A stretch of 64,000 bases of DNA from a virus (IMGVR_UViG_3300025655_000002:5508-69507), one strand, 5' to 3'; numbered from the stretch's first letter, positions 9,681-20,928 are shown. Notes: generated from the sequence alone by a model not told the origin. Program-made: numbers and translations.

Positions 9681-10090
9681 TACATTGGTGATAATGTTAT
9701 ACTATTTCTTTTGCAGTAAAAAGTTCCAGACTTCCACTCTTTATACATCTTACCTATTTCTGCTGGAGCTATCGTAGGAAAAACTCCCATCTGCTCAGAT
9801 ACTTGAGTTTCAAAATTAACACTTTCGGCATCTTCTTTAGCTGCTTCTAATTTTGCTTCTTCTCTTTGTTCTTTAGCAAAATTCTGTATATCAGGTTGTT
9901 CCAAAAACATTCTAACATAAACAGGGTTTGTCATGTTTTCTGTAAACCTTGCATCAATAGCATTATTTATTTCAACCTCTCCCCCAGTTTGTATCAAATC
10001 CCATACCTTATTTCCTATGAATGGAAGTGCTGCTACAATTAACATTGGTAGATATTTTCTTACTAGATTTATTTTCTCTTTATCTTCCAT
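9680..10090 (-). CDS. Hypothetical membrane-anchored protein
   Basis: N-terminal hydrophobic helix; in lysis cluster. Confidence 0.55.
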   Translation of the reverse strand: MEDKEKINLVRKYLPMLIVAALPFIGNKVWDLIQTGGEVEINNAIDARFTENMTNPVYVRMFLEQPDIQNFAKEQREEAKLEAAKEDAESVNFETQVSEQMGVFPTIAPAEIGKMYKEWKSGTFYCKRNSITLSPM

Positions 10091-10324
10091 TTATTTATGA
10101 TTAAAGAATTTAGCTATAGAGTCAGCTTGATTTAATAAAAACATAACTGCCATACCTATTCCTATTGTTATAAAAGAAACCTTTTTAGCTTTCTTTATAT
10201 AACCTTCGTTATCATTAACTCTTTGAACCAAACCTTTAATACCAGCTTGCTCGTCTCCATACAATCCTATTTCTATTCTTTTAACAGAATTATATAGCTC
10301 TTCTTGTTTTTCTGGTGTAAGCAT
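10091..10324 (-). CDS. Small coiled-coil membrane protein (holin/antiholin-like)
   Basis: L.G.....GLV.RV motif plus C-terminal TM helix. Confidence 0.5.
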   Translation of the reverse strand: MLTPEKQEELYNSVKRIEIGLYGDEQAGIKGLVQRVNDNEGYIKKAKKVSFITIGIGMAVMFLLNQADSIAKFFNHK

Positions 10325-10617
10325 TAGTCCTCGTTTTTTAAAATACTTAGCGATTCATTAAACTCTAAAGGTATACTTAATACTATATCTTTAAGTGCTT
10401 TATTTTTAGGAATCTTAATACAAGGCTTACCGTTCACGCTCCATAAGTCAGGAGTATCGTCATCAATACCACAGTATCTTGGGCTTGTATATTCCCCACA
10501 TTCCATATCTACTCCATCACCATCTTTTATTTTCTTACCAAAAGCTTCAACTAAAGTCGTATGGATTAGTTGATTTTTCTGTTTCCAGTCTTTTATATCA
10601 TTACATTCGTGTATCAT
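10324..10617 (-). CDS. Hypothetical protein
   Basis: ORF coupled to neighbours. Confidence 0.55.
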   Translation of the reverse strand: MIHECNDIKDWKQKNQLIHTTLVEAFGKKIKDGDGVDMECGEYTSPRYCGIDDDTPDLWSVNGKPCIKIPKNKALKDIVLSIPLEFNESLSILKNED

Positions 10618-12815
10618 TATAATCCTGAATTTAATATTTTAGATACTTCTAAAGCAACAGTATTATCATCTACCCATGCCGTATGGAAAGTTCCTTTATC
10701 AAAAAGATTTCTGTATAGTATACCTGACCTAACAATAGCTCCTTTAGAGATGTTATCTCTATTAGTTACAGATGCGAACCAAGATGCTGCTGCTGTATCA
10801 GTGTCAAAATCGGTTAATTTTACTCCATCATAATACATAAAATTATCAGAGCCATTACAAGCAAATGTCAATACATGGAAACCACTTGTGTAAGCGTTTG
10901 TGCTAGTTAATAAAGATGTAGCTCCTGCCTCAATATATCTAGCCTCTAATTTATCATTAGCATCTAATCCAAATCTTAAATTATAATTATTAGTAGCTGC
11001 ATCAGAAGAGGCAAACCCAGCATTTACCGAACTCACCATTTGCATATAACAATGAATAACACCTGATGTATCAGCACTTCTATAATTAGCAATGTTATTT
11101 ATAATATAGTCCGCGGAACCATCAAACTCTAAGTTTGTGGCATTTAATGTTGGCTGGCTTCCTGCTCCTGGATTAGCCATGTCATAACTACCTAATAAAT
11201 CGTATTCAGTAGTAGTTGTTCCTATTTCTGATAGGAATTTGTAATTCCAACCATGTAAAATTCCGTTGATTTGGTTTAGTTCACTTATAGCAAGTTCCAC
11301 ACTCATTCTATAGTAATTCATTAAATCTTGATGTAAAGAAACAATGTTAGCATCACTCAATACTGAATTAGTATAACCAGTTAATACCCAATCCATAGAG
11401 CCATAAGTAATTGAGGTAGAATGTACTAATCCTATAGCTATGTTATCTAGTGTTGTGTAGTCATTAAACCATCTACCATCATCATTTAGATTACTGGTAT
11501 TTTGCTCAATACCATTAACAAATAACCTAAAGCCACTTCCATTACTAATAATAGTACAAACTAATTGGGGTATATTTCTAACAGTAGAATTAGCAGTATT
11601 TTGAATAACTGCTGTTCCCCCTCCATTTTGGAGTCTTCCAAAATTTGTTGAGCCAGTTCCTCCAGCTGATATATACCTGGTTGCTGTAGCTTCGTCTGAG
11701 CTTGAGAAAGGAAATAAATCTTCCCCAACTACAGGTCTGCACACAAAAGTAATCATCCCTGTATTATCACTTCCCCTGAAATTAGAAGTTGTTTTTTCTA
11801 ACCCCTGAGAAGAGGCAAGAGCAAAGGTTAAAGATTGTTTGTTATTAAAGTTGCTATCAGAGCTATTTATAGTAGGTTTTGCATGAACTCCACTAATTAA
11901 ATTATGAGATTCCCCATAATCATAAGCCACTAGCTCTGCTTGAACACTAGCAGACGTTATATCAGCTTCTTCGCAGTTATCAGTATAACTTTCTATGCTT
12001 GAGATTTCATCATACAAATTCCATTCGTTTGCTACATCGCTATTATAATTATCAGACACATTATTAAATCTGTAATAAGCTACAGCATTAGATATACCAC
12101 TTTCATCTTTTGGAACACCATCATTATAAATATCTGCTATTCCATTAGCATCCTTGGCATCACTTGTGAATAATATGTCTGTAATAGTTATATCAGCAAA
12201 CAAATCATCTCCTCCTGAATTTACATTCCTACAACCAATTCTACCGTTATCTAAAGTTGGATAAGTATTAAACCAAGTAGTAGTATCTGTACTAACATTA
12301 AATGAGCCAACATTCACGTTGTTTACATAAAGTTTTGGTGCTACACCGTCTTGTGTTATAGCTACGTGATAAATAGTATTATCACGTAATGTAGCTGTAG
12401 TCCAGTCCAACTCCCACGCTTTAGTACCCCCTACTCTTGTGTTTATTCTTAATAATGTACTGCCAGCACTGTTCACCATAAACATAGCCATATAGGTATC
12501 AGCATCAGTATCTCCAAAACACCACAAACTATTACTTGTTGCTGGTGTTATATCAGGAGTTTTAAACCAAAAACTTATAGTTCCAGTTGTAGTGGATGCT
12601 AGAGCAGTCAATACATCATCAATATTCAAAAGCTCATCAGTAGCTATAGTTAAAGCATTTTGAGTAGAAGGAGTATTAATGTTCTCAGCACTCCACATAT
12701 TAGTGAAGTAAGAAGAAAATATACTATTAAGGGTTAATCCTGATGTATAAACACCAAATAACGGACTCCCTAATCCGCTACTAGCTCCAATATGTCTCTT
12801 ATTATTGAGACCCAT
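10617..12815 (-). CDS. Tail fibre / receptor-binding protein with several LamG (ConA-like) domains
   Basis: TISFWFK...YHVAITQDG...LYVN and repeated LamG-type segments. Confidence 0.7.
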   Translation of the reverse strand: MGLNNKRHIGASSGLGSPLFGVYTSGLTLNSIFSSYFTNMWSAENINTPSTQNALTIATDELLNIDDVLTALASTTTGTISFWFKTPDITPATSNSLWCFGDTDADTYMAMFMVNSAGSTLLRINTRVGGTKAWELDWTTATLRDNTIYHVAITQDGVAPKLYVNNVNVGSFNVSTDTTTWFNTYPTLDNGRIGCRNVNSGGDDLFADITITDILFTSDAKDANGIADIYNDGVPKDESGISNAVAYYRFNNVSDNYNSDVANEWNLYDEISSIESYTDNCEEADITSASVQAELVAYDYGESHNLISGVHAKPTINSSDSNFNNKQSLTFALASSQGLEKTTSNFRGSDNTGMITFVCRPVVGEDLFPFSSSDEATATRYISAGGTGSTNFGRLQNGGGTAVIQNTANSTVRNIPQLVCTIISNGSGFRLFVNGIEQNTSNLNDDGRWFNDYTTLDNIAIGLVHSTSITYGSMDWVLTGYTNSVLSDANIVSLHQDLMNYYRMSVELAISELNQINGILHGWNYKFLSEIGTTTTEYDLLGSYDMANPGAGSQPTLNATNLEFDGSADYIINNIANYRSADTSGVIHCYMQMVSSVNAGFASSDAATNNYNLRFGLDANDKLEARYIEAGATSLLTSTNAYTSGFHVLTFACNGSDNFMYYDGVKLTDFDTDTAAASWFASVTNRDNISKGAIVRSGILYRNLFDKGTFHTAWVDDNTVALEVSKILNSGL

Positions 12816-12817
12816 AA

Positions 12818-13309
12818 TTATTCCGCTGTTACGTTTACTGTATTGCCGTTTGCTGTGCAGTCTACGATAAATGGATGCATTCTTCCAGTTCCGCCCATTC
12901 CGTTACTCTTGCTGTTACCATAAGTATTGGATGTTGAGGCTGGAAATTCTACGCCATTTATTTCAGCAGTATTAGCAGCATCAATAGCCCAAGAAGCTTG
13001 CCTATAACCATTTTTCTTAACTATCTTAAACGCATCTCCAGATAGCGCATTAGAAAACTCTTGTCTCAAGTATAAAGTTGTATTACTCACAACAGTTAAT
13101 ACCTCAACTAATTCGTCATTTGTTGTGTCCCAGATAAAATCTCCCTTCTCAACATCTGTATTAAAAACAGTAGAAGAGCCTACCACTAAATCTTTTCTTG
13201 TCCCAGTAGTAATTGTACCAGCTGTCGGTGCAACAGATACTGGAAAAGTTTCTTTTTCATTGCTATATTGTACGTGAGTGTTTCTTCCGTTTGTAGTTAC
13301 TGTAGCCAT
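12818..13309 (-). CDS. Virion structural protein
   Basis: GTIT...V.GSST.F...GD.I tail-fibre-type motif. Confidence 0.5.
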   Translation of the reverse strand: MATVTTNGRNTHVQYSNEKETFPVSVAPTAGTITTGTRKDLVVGSSTVFNTDVEKGDFIWDTTNDELVEVLTVVSNTTLYLRQEFSNALSGDAFKIVKKNGYRQASWAIDAANTAEINGVEFPASTSNTYGNSKSNGMGGTGRMHPFIVDCTANGNTVNVTAE

Positions 13310-13330
13310 AATTTATTAAAATTTATATTA

Positions 13331-13338
13331 CAAAGATA
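13331..13338 (-). promoter_or_regulatory. Sigma-A -7 element (late-type)
   Basis: TATCTTTG on the minus strand after an A-tract, ~20 nt before ATG 13309. Confidence 0.55.
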
Positions 13339-13364
13339 CATTTTTTTTATTCAATGCCGATTAG

Positions 13365-16300
13365 CTATCTAGAATTTCTTTCCGACCTCCTAGAACTTCT
13401 TCCTCCACCTCTTTTGCTTCCGTCCAAATCCTCTCCAGTTATAATCTTCCATAGTTTATCATTTTTATCTGGATATTTAGCAGCCTCTTCCTCTGTTGTC
13501 CAGTTAAATACTGCATCAAAGAAATCTTTTCCATCTTCATCTTTAGCGGCCTTTTCTAAATTAGACCACTGCTTCAAGAAAGAGTCAGCAGGTATTAGTT
13601 TTATTATTTTATTTTTTTCAGAATCACTTAATTCATCCCATGGCTTACCTATAGCCATAACCTCAGCAGCTGTAGATATAGAGCCACTAATGTTGCCTAT
13701 TTCTTGAAGCAAAGGAATGGTATTTTTCCAGTCCTCACCTCTTAAGTTGTTGATTGCGAAGTTGGTAACTATACCAGTCATACCAAAACCATTAAGTATA
13801 GATTGAATATTATCTGCAATTGTAGCATAAACGCCTTTCTTAGCTTCCTCTTCATCGTCAAAACCTTTAAATAATTCTTTTATCATCCCATTAGTAACCA
13901 TAGCGAAACCAACGTTAGCCACAGAGTAATAAGCTATATCATAAACAGCTTGAACCTTCTCTTCGTTAGATAACTCTGATTTAGATGTTAAAACTCTTAC
14001 GGCTGCCTTTAATTTATTTGTTGTTTGTGTTTGAGAGGTTGTAAACGCACTAAACAACCTGAATACTCTATCTCTTTGCATGTGAGATGTTTCTTGAGCT
14101 CTTGTAGATTGCTGTGCAGACTCTGATTCGTTAACAAATTTCTCATAAGCTATATCTATAGCCTCTTCATGGCTTTTTCCTTTTGCTTTTTCCTTTCTAT
14201 AGACAGCTAAAGCTAACGGAGCCCCGCCTAAAAGAACACCACCTATATCCCCAACGGTTATTGGAGACATGGCTATCCTTGTGAATGTTCTAGCGAATCT
14301 TTTACTTAAAGACCCTTTAGATGAATTTAAAAGTCTATTTACCTCTATATCAAAGCTTCTTCCTTGCATTCTTCTTTTAACGTATGGAGAAGTCCATATT
14401 TCAGCAAATACTTTTGCGTCATTTCTTGTTATAGGAACAAACCCTGTCAGCCACTCGTGAAATCTGACTCCGCTAGCTGTAGAGAAGTGAGTGAATGAAG
14501 TAAGCTGCTTCGGTATTGAGGCTAATTTAAAAGCAAGAGACCCAAATATCTTGTATGTCATCATTTGATTAACAATAAAGTCAAATGAATTTGATTTTGC
14601 AGCCCTTGGGTCTTGGCCAGTTATAACTACTCCTAAATGGTCTCTAAGTTTATTAAAGTTGACAGTACCTATTTTCTTAACTATTTCTGCAGAGTTTACT
14701 GAGTTAAATATAGCGTTAACCTTTTCTCCAACTGGAACAAACTGTCTCGCTCTCTCCATTGTTGAAATGTAATTCATGGCAACCTCGTGAGCTCCTATAG
14801 ACGTGTTAACTCCTAAGTTATGATTAACTCTTTGTTTTAGATTTCCTGCTACTGCGTCTTTATAATTTAGATTGCCATTATCATCCATTAATTGACCATT
14901 ATCTATTATCTCTCTATTGGTCGTCTCAGCAAACCTTGGGTAATAAACTCCCTCTGGAAACTTAGTGTTAGTTAAATGTATGTATGTTGGCTCGTAATCA
15001 TCTTTCATTGATGGGTAAAAATCCTCTATTAAATAATCAGAATACTCTTTGAGCTCTTTATTTCCTTCAATGTATTCAAATAATTGTTTTATCCCGTCCT
15101 TATCGAAGCCAGACTTTAATAATTTCTCGTAACCTTCTGTGATAGGTATTCCATTTGAATCAGTCTTAGATTCCTTATTACCAGAACGAGCTATATTATA
15201 AAGGTTAACAAGCGTGCTATTTGAAGGAGGCTCAAGGTAATCTTCTATTGGATTTATATCTGCATTCTTTCCTAGAATGTTTAACGCAATAGATTTTTTT
15301 CCAAATATTTTTTTAATGTCAGAAAGGTATTTGTTTTTCTTTCTATACACCTCTTCTTCCATGTTAAAGTCAGCAGTATTTACACTTTCCTTTAAATCAG
15401 TCATCTCTTCACGTAGTGCTTTACTGCCTTTAAATACAGGAATCATATTATTCCATAAGTTGTTCTTTGCTGTGAATGGATTTAGCTTTTGATAAAGAGC
15501 TCTCAATGGACTCTCGTTTACTTTAGCTACAGACATTTTAGGTGTGCTATATATGTCTATATCCTTGAAGTCACTATCATGGTCTTTTAAATATTCTTCC
15601 AATGCCGATTTGCTAGATATAAGCTGGCCATCAAGAACAACTGATTTATTTTGCTTTTCTAAATACTCTACAACTTCTTCTTTAGAATTAGCTTTTTTTG
15701 ATGGTTTAGAGCCTTCCTTTAGAGCTAAAAATGTCTTTGCTGATTTTCTTCTTTTTATAGAATTAGTAAACCTTTTATTAACAGCAACCTCTTGTCTTCC
15801 AGCTTTAAGAATGTCTTTAATTAAAGAATGAGTCTGTTCTAATTCCATCAACGACATTCCATCCAACATGCTAAGGTCAAAATTAGATATAAAGTCCTGA
15901 ACCTCAATAGGAACCTTTCCTTTCCATTTTTTACCAACCTTTCTTGCTATCGATTTTTTGTTAGTAATTAATCTTGCTATTCTGTCTTTCGTTTTTTCTG
16001 ATTCTCTTTTAGATACTTTTTCAGCTATTTTATCTATCCTGTCTAAAATAACGCTTGGGTCAGCCCCATTTTCTAGCTCTGTTATTAGCGGAGTCCATTC
16101 ATGTTTATATTGCTCTGCTTTAGGTATAACGCCTCTAGCATAAGCCGAGAAACTATCAACATCTTTTCCATCTCCATCAAGATTAGGTCTTTCAGTTGTT
16201 TTTGGAGGTTTTGGTGGCTCTTCTATTTTCCCTTCTTTTGCATCACTTTGTTTTAACTTATCAGATAAAACAACCCTATCTGGCATTACAAAGTATTCTG

Positions 16301-19300
16301 GATTGAATTGCCCCCATTCTAAACTTCCATATATAGTCCCTTTTCCTTCTGCAACTTGAGGAATAGCCTTTTGGCCTGTTTCAGATAAAAACTTCTTCAT
16401 CTCAACGTCTGTTAAAGGTCTTGATAACTGTAATGAAAGCGTAGGCTCTGTTCCAGAAACCTCTGTTGATTCTATTATCTCTACGTCTTTTGGTAGTTTT
16501 GACTCAATATCTGATTTAGATATATCCTGGTCTGTATCCCCAATCTTCATTCCAACGTTCAGGTATACGCCTTTTGACTCCATGTCTACATCTATAGGCT
16601 CTCCTTTTAATACCTTTGTGTATTTCTCTTCTATATTTGAAAACTCTTCTGGCAACAAGCCTATTTTTTGTTGAGCAAATGGCTTTTCAGTAGGTGATAA
16701 GTATCCTTTATCGCCTTTCTTTTTAATTGAGCCATCTTCGTTTCTTAGGTGCTTACCAAAATTTACCCATGAATTTTGACCTCTAGTCTCTGTAGTCATA
16801 GCTCTTCTAGCTTTGTCTGAAAACATTCTAGCGTGTATATCCCATGCGTTCTCTTCTCCTATAGCGCCAAAACTATTACCTCTTTCAGAATGACCAAAGA
16901 AATCATGCACTCCTCTAAATACATCATTTACTAATAATGGAACTCCATTTTTATCTTTTACTCCAGAGTCTTTTAATAATGGGTTTTCATTTCTTTGTTC
17001 ATCTGTTATTTCAGTTTCTCCAAATTGTTTTTGAGTCGAAAGAATATATAAATGCTTATTATTCTTTAAGTCATTAATCATTTCTTGAGAGTTCTTATAT
17101 GGCTCTCCTTCTCCTTCGTAAATCTCAAAAGTATACCCTTTATCTGATATTGCATTATATTGCTCTACAGTCTCGCTTGCCATTAACTGATAAGCTTCTT
17201 TTGTCTCAGGGTCGTTAGGGTTATGTTCCATAGCTTCGAAAGCATCAGCTATTGATTTAGCTCTATCTACATCTATTTCTGTTATTGGGTCGCTATCACC
17301 CGTTTCTAATCCTTTTGATTGTTTATATTCAGAAACTATTTCTTTTGTTTCAGGATTTGGCTCATTAAATAATCTTTTCCCTGGAGGAGCTTCTATGCCA
17401 GCATTTTTAGCCATCTCCTCTCTTGTAGCAGCTATCTCTTCATCTGTTTTTGAAACCATCTTCTGAGATATTATCTCGTCAATAGACTCTTCATCTCTCC
17501 TTCTTGCTTCAAGCTCTTTTAAATCTATTTGATTCATAGCTATAAGAGACTTTTGGTTTTCGCTATATTCTTCTGGAAGAGCTTTATATATTTTACTAAA
17601 TTCTTTTACTTGCTCTTTAGCTTTAGCTATTTTCTCTTTACCTAGGTTATTTATATTAGACTCTTCAGACGTTGCTTTGTCAAAGTCTGGTTGATTATTC
17701 ATGGCATTAAAAAATGACTCAGCTCTAATTTGGTCGCTACCCTTAAAACCTCCAGTAGAGCCTATACCCCCAACTATAGCTGTAAGGGTTACTAATTCTA
17801 GCATTTCGTCTGCCCCTACACTTGTTTTAAGGTCAGCATCAGTTAATTGGTTAAATATATAATTATTTAACAAATCTCCACCTTCTTGTGAAAATTCCTG
17901 AACCACCTCTTTTCCAGCCTCTTTAGCTCCAAACACAAAGTTTTTATAGATAGCTTTACTTCTAGATACTCCGTTAGCAATATCTTTTACAGCGTCTATT
18001 GATGCTTTTCCACTTAATATGTTTTTTGTCATATATTCTTGTGGAGAAATCATCTCTAACATAGATGTGGTTGTTGCTGATGTTAAACTGTAAGCCATAG
18101 CCTCATCATTACTGATGGATGGATTGGATTTAGCATCCATATAGTATTGATTCTGAGTGCTTAAGAACGAACTTGTAAACAGTCCCATGTTTCCAGAGAA
18201 CTTGGAAGCAACACCAGCTCCTTCTAAAATAGTTGAGGCCTTGCCTCCACTAAGTATTAAGGAGTACATCTGAGCCATTGTTTCGGATAATTTTGGAGTC
18301 AACTTTTGCAGTTGTATTTCCCCGTTTTCATACAAAGAGCCTTTTAAGTCACTTGGTAATTTGTATATTGATGTTGATTTCTCTACATCAAAATAATCAT
18401 TCATATCGGTTATGAATCCATTTATAGATTCTTTTTCCGCTTCTGTCTTACCTATAGCGGACATTCTTCCCGCTGATGATATAAAATCAACACCAAACTT
18501 CATGAATGCAGACGCAGCTGGGGCAACAACGTTGTAATATCCAATAACTGCCTTTGCTTTAGATGATTCTATTGGGTCGCTGCTATTTATTTTAGATAAA
18601 GCCTCATTGTAACTCTCATCTATTTCAGTTTGTTTTCTTATTCTTGCTTTTAATTCCTTATTGTATTCTGGAAAATATACAAAGGCTTTCTTGTTCTTAT
18701 CGTTTAGCTCAGACACTTGATATCTGTAAGAGTCTTCATCAATAGTTCCGTTGCTATATTTAGCGTCCAATATCTTTTTTTGATGCGTTAAAGCATTCAT
18801 GTAAAAGTCAGCCCCAGTCTTCCCTTCGTCATCATATCCTCCTGATACATACTTATTGTAGCTTTCTGGGTTAGCCTCTTTTAAGTAGTTGGCATAATCA
18901 TTGTAAACCTTGTCATTTGGTATTGATTCGGGTTTAACGCTCTTCTCTACTTCAGGAATGTTTTTGTTTATTCTATTTGTGTTAAATTCCTTTATTTTAG
19001 ACAATGCCGAATCAAACTCGGTTGGACGTTGTTCATTTGATTGTTCGCTGCTTAATATTCTTTGATTCTCATCAAGCCTATCTAAATAATTTACAGCCTC
19101 GTCAGCTATGTAAGCGTTCTCTGTTTTAGATAACACTTCATTCCTAAGCGCTATTCTAGCTTCTTCTGGGTCTAATGCTGAAAATCTATCGTAATTATCT
19201 CTGATAACCTTTTTAACGTTATCTAGTTTAGTTCTAACCTTCTTGTCTCCACGCATAGATAAATTGCCAACAGCTGATATAGCTGGAGCTAAAGAAGATA

Positions 19301-19616
19301 AAACTGGATTCTCTGATACCTCTCTTGCTGCTTTCTCTAAAGCTGGAATTTCCTTCTCAGGAGTTGTATTCCCAGAGAAAGGCTTCCCATGAATCTTTGA
19401 GTCTTGTCCAGATTCTTCTTTTTTTTTTACACCCATATCAGATTTAAACTGCTCATAAGGAACAGAAAAACCTTCCCATTTACTTGTTAAATTTGAGTGT
19501 AATTTTTTAAGATTATCTTCATCAGACATATCAGAAGCAAACTGCTCATAAGGAACAGAAAAACCTTCCCATTTTTCCGAAAGATTAGCGTGTAGTTTTT
19601 TAAGATTATCTTCCAT
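13365..19616 (-). CDS. Giant internal virion/ejection protein (polyvalent-type)
   Basis: 2083 aa, last of three genes after the tail genes; N-terminal duplicated repeat; central VHDFFGH...GEENAW...TETRGQNSWVNFG domain. Confidence 0.6.
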   Translation of the reverse strand: MEDNLKKLHANLSEKWEGFSVPYEQFASDMSDEDNLKKLHSNLTSKWEGFSVPYEQFKSDMGVKKKEESGQDSKIHGKPFSGNTTPEKEIPALEKAAREVSENPVLSSLAPAISAVGNLSMRGDKKVRTKLDNVKKVIRDNYDRFSALDPEEARIALRNEVLSKTENAYIADEAVNYLDRLDENQRILSSEQSNEQRPTEFDSALSKIKEFNTNRINKNIPEVEKSVKPESIPNDKVYNDYANYLKEANPESYNKYVSGGYDDEGKTGADFYMNALTHQKKILDAKYSNGTIDEDSYRYQVSELNDKNKKAFVYFPEYNKELKARIRKQTEIDESYNEALSKINSSDPIESSKAKAVIGYYNVVAPAASAFMKFGVDFISSAGRMSAIGKTEAEKESINGFITDMNDYFDVEKSTSIYKLPSDLKGSLYENGEIQLQKLTPKLSETMAQMYSLILSGGKASTILEGAGVASKFSGNMGLFTSSFLSTQNQYYMDAKSNPSISNDEAMAYSLTSATTTSMLEMISPQEYMTKNILSGKASIDAVKDIANGVSRSKAIYKNFVFGAKEAGKEVVQEFSQEGGDLLNNYIFNQLTDADLKTSVGADEMLELVTLTAIVGGIGSTGGFKGSDQIRAESFFNAMNNQPDFDKATSEESNINNLGKEKIAKAKEQVKEFSKIYKALPEEYSENQKSLIAMNQIDLKELEARRRDEESIDEIISQKMVSKTDEEIAATREEMAKNAGIEAPPGKRLFNEPNPETKEIVSEYKQSKGLETGDSDPITEIDVDRAKSIADAFEAMEHNPNDPETKEAYQLMASETVEQYNAISDKGYTFEIYEGEGEPYKNSQEMINDLKNNKHLYILSTQKQFGETEITDEQRNENPLLKDSGVKDKNGVPLLVNDVFRGVHDFFGHSERGNSFGAIGEENAWDIHARMFSDKARRAMTTETRGQNSWVNFGKHLRNEDGSIKKKGDKGYLSPTEKPFAQQKIGLLPEEFSNIEEKYTKVLKGEPIDVDMESKGVYLNVGMKIGDTDQDISKSDIESKLPKDVEIIESTEVSGTEPTLSLQLSRPLTDVEMKKFLSETGQKAIPQVAEGKGTIYGSLEWGQFNPEYFVMPDRVVLSDKLKQSDAKEGKIEEPPKPPKTTERPNLDGDGKDVDSFSAYARGVIPKAEQYKHEWTPLITELENGADPSVILDRIDKIAEKVSKRESEKTKDRIARLITNKKSIARKVGKKWKGKVPIEVQDFISNFDLSMLDGMSLMELEQTHSLIKDILKAGRQEVAVNKRFTNSIKRRKSAKTFLALKEGSKPSKKANSKEEVVEYLEKQNKSVVLDGQLISSKSALEEYLKDHDSDFKDIDIYSTPKMSVAKVNESPLRALYQKLNPFTAKNNLWNNMIPVFKGSKALREEMTDLKESVNTADFNMEEEVYRKKNKYLSDIKKIFGKKSIALNILGKNADINPIEDYLEPPSNSTLVNLYNIARSGNKESKTDSNGIPITEGYEKLLKSGFDKDGIKQLFEYIEGNKELKEYSDYLIEDFYPSMKDDYEPTYIHLTNTKFPEGVYYPRFAETTNREIIDNGQLMDDNGNLNYKDAVAGNLKQRVNHNLGVNTSIGAHEVAMNYISTMERARQFVPVGEKVNAIFNSVNSAEIVKKIGTVNFNKLRDHLGVVITGQDPRAAKSNSFDFIVNQMMTYKIFGSLAFKLASIPKQLTSFTHFSTASGVRFHEWLTGFVPITRNDAKVFAEIWTSPYVKRRMQGRSFDIEVNRLLNSSKGSLSKRFARTFTRIAMSPITVGDIGGVLLGGAPLALAVYRKEKAKGKSHEEAIDIAYEKFVNESESAQQSTRAQETSHMQRDRVFRLFSAFTTSQTQTTNKLKAAVRVLTSKSELSNEEKVQAVYDIAYYSVANVGFAMVTNGMIKELFKGFDDEEEAKKGVYATIADNIQSILNGFGMTGIVTNFAINNLRGEDWKNTIPLLQEIGNISGSISTAAEVMAIGKPWDELSDSEKNKIIKLIPADSFLKQWSNLEKAAKDEDGKDFFDAVFNWTTEEEAAKYPDKNDKLWKIITGEDLDGSKRGGGRSSRRSERNSR
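19433..19613 (-). repeat. Tandem ~96 bp coding repeat (2 copies)
   Basis: EDNLKKLH.NL..KWEGFSVPYEQF.SDM occurs twice. Confidence 0.85.
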
Positions 19617-19626
19617 TTAATTTTAT

Positions 19627-20889
19627 TTAGTATGCTCCACCAGTGCTAGACGAGCCATTAAAATATTGCTCGTAGTCGCTAATTCCGTATTGCGCAGCTA
19701 TTTTAGCAGCCATATTCTTTTGTATAACTTGGTCTACAACATCTCCAGGTTCAGCAGTTTGAAGATAATTATCTTCAGAACCATACTTCTCTTGCTCTTT
19801 AGAAGTTAACTCATTCCATGATTTATTAGTAGCCTTACCTCTTAATTTCCATTCTCCTTTCTTGTTTTTGTATATTTCAGAAGGCATAACGCTTAATACC
19901 TTCTCTGGAGACTTCCCTGTTTTTGGTACAGTTATAGACACAGGGGTTAACGCTTTCTTAGGGTTAGCGAATGTTATTCCTTTGACTCCATTTGGTAATA
20001 CGTATGGAACTACATTTATGGTAGCTCCGTCTACACCGTCTTTAGAGTCATCTTGAGCTGCATACGATGTAACATCTTTCTTATAAGTCTCTCTAGAGGA
20101 CTTGTAATCTTCGTACATACGCTGCATTCTTTCTTCTTCAGGAACATCGGAATATTGGATATCCATATCTCTTATAAGGCTAGGGTTAGCCTTTATTGTT
20201 GATTTGAATTTAGGGAAAGCTTCTTTGTCATCTTTCCATATCTTAGAATCAACCTCATAAAATCCACCTTGAGCATTTTTAGACCCAGCTTGCTTTATAT
20301 CATAAAGCTCATCACCGCTATTTAAAAAAGCTCCATCTATGTTCTCAAATATGTTTCCTATTATTTGGTCTCTGGTAGTTATGCCTTGACCAACAGCGTC
20401 TGACCACATTACGTTTTCTGTAATAGAGGCCTTTAATAGCCTTTCCTTTGCTGCTTCACTAAAACCAGAGTCAGGCTCTTCCGCAGCTTTAATTGCTGCT
20501 TGAAACTTTTCTTTAGAATCAATAGAGTCTCCTATAAACTTCTTTTGAAGCATTACATGCTCATTGTATAGATTGGAGTAGTAAGGGTCTCCTTGATAAA
20601 CCTTATCCCAATTTCCATCTAGTTGTTCTTTTGATTTTTTGACCATATTAATAAGATAGTCTACATCAGCTCTCTTCATTTTGGTTGTATCATAGTCACC
20701 AAACTCTCCTCGCATTTGCTGGATAGCTTTTCTTTTTTCATCGTCAAGCTCTTGCTGTCTTTTTTCTGCTACAGCTCTTTTTTGCGACACAATGCCCATG
20801 GCATCACGCATAGCGTTATCTATACGAGAGTAGTCATACACTTGTGCAGCACCTGTGCCTATTCCTGCTGACCTTGGGTTATTAGCCAT
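19627..20889 (-). CDS. Probable internal virion/ejection protein
   Basis: 420 aa, helical; middle gene of the ejection trio. Confidence 0.5.
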   Translation of the reverse strand: MANNPRSAGIGTGAAQVYDYSRIDNAMRDAMGIVSQKRAVAEKRQQELDDEKRKAIQQMRGEFGDYDTTKMKRADVDYLINMVKKSKEQLDGNWDKVYQGDPYYSNLYNEHVMLQKKFIGDSIDSKEKFQAAIKAAEEPDSGFSEAAKERLLKASITENVMWSDAVGQGITTRDQIIGNIFENIDGAFLNSGDELYDIKQAGSKNAQGGFYEVDSKIWKDDKEAFPKFKSTIKANPSLIRDMDIQYSDVPEEERMQRMYEDYKSSRETYKKDVTSYAAQDDSKDGVDGATINVVPYVLPNGVKGITFANPKKALTPVSITVPKTGKSPEKVLSVMPSEIYKNKKGEWKLRGKATNKSWNELTSKEQEKYGSEDNYLQTAEPGDVVDQVIQKNMAAKIAAQYGISDYEQYFNGSSSTGGAY

Positions 20890-20928
20890 TCTTTAATATG
20901 TTTGATTTGCATTTTTTCATTTATAAGG

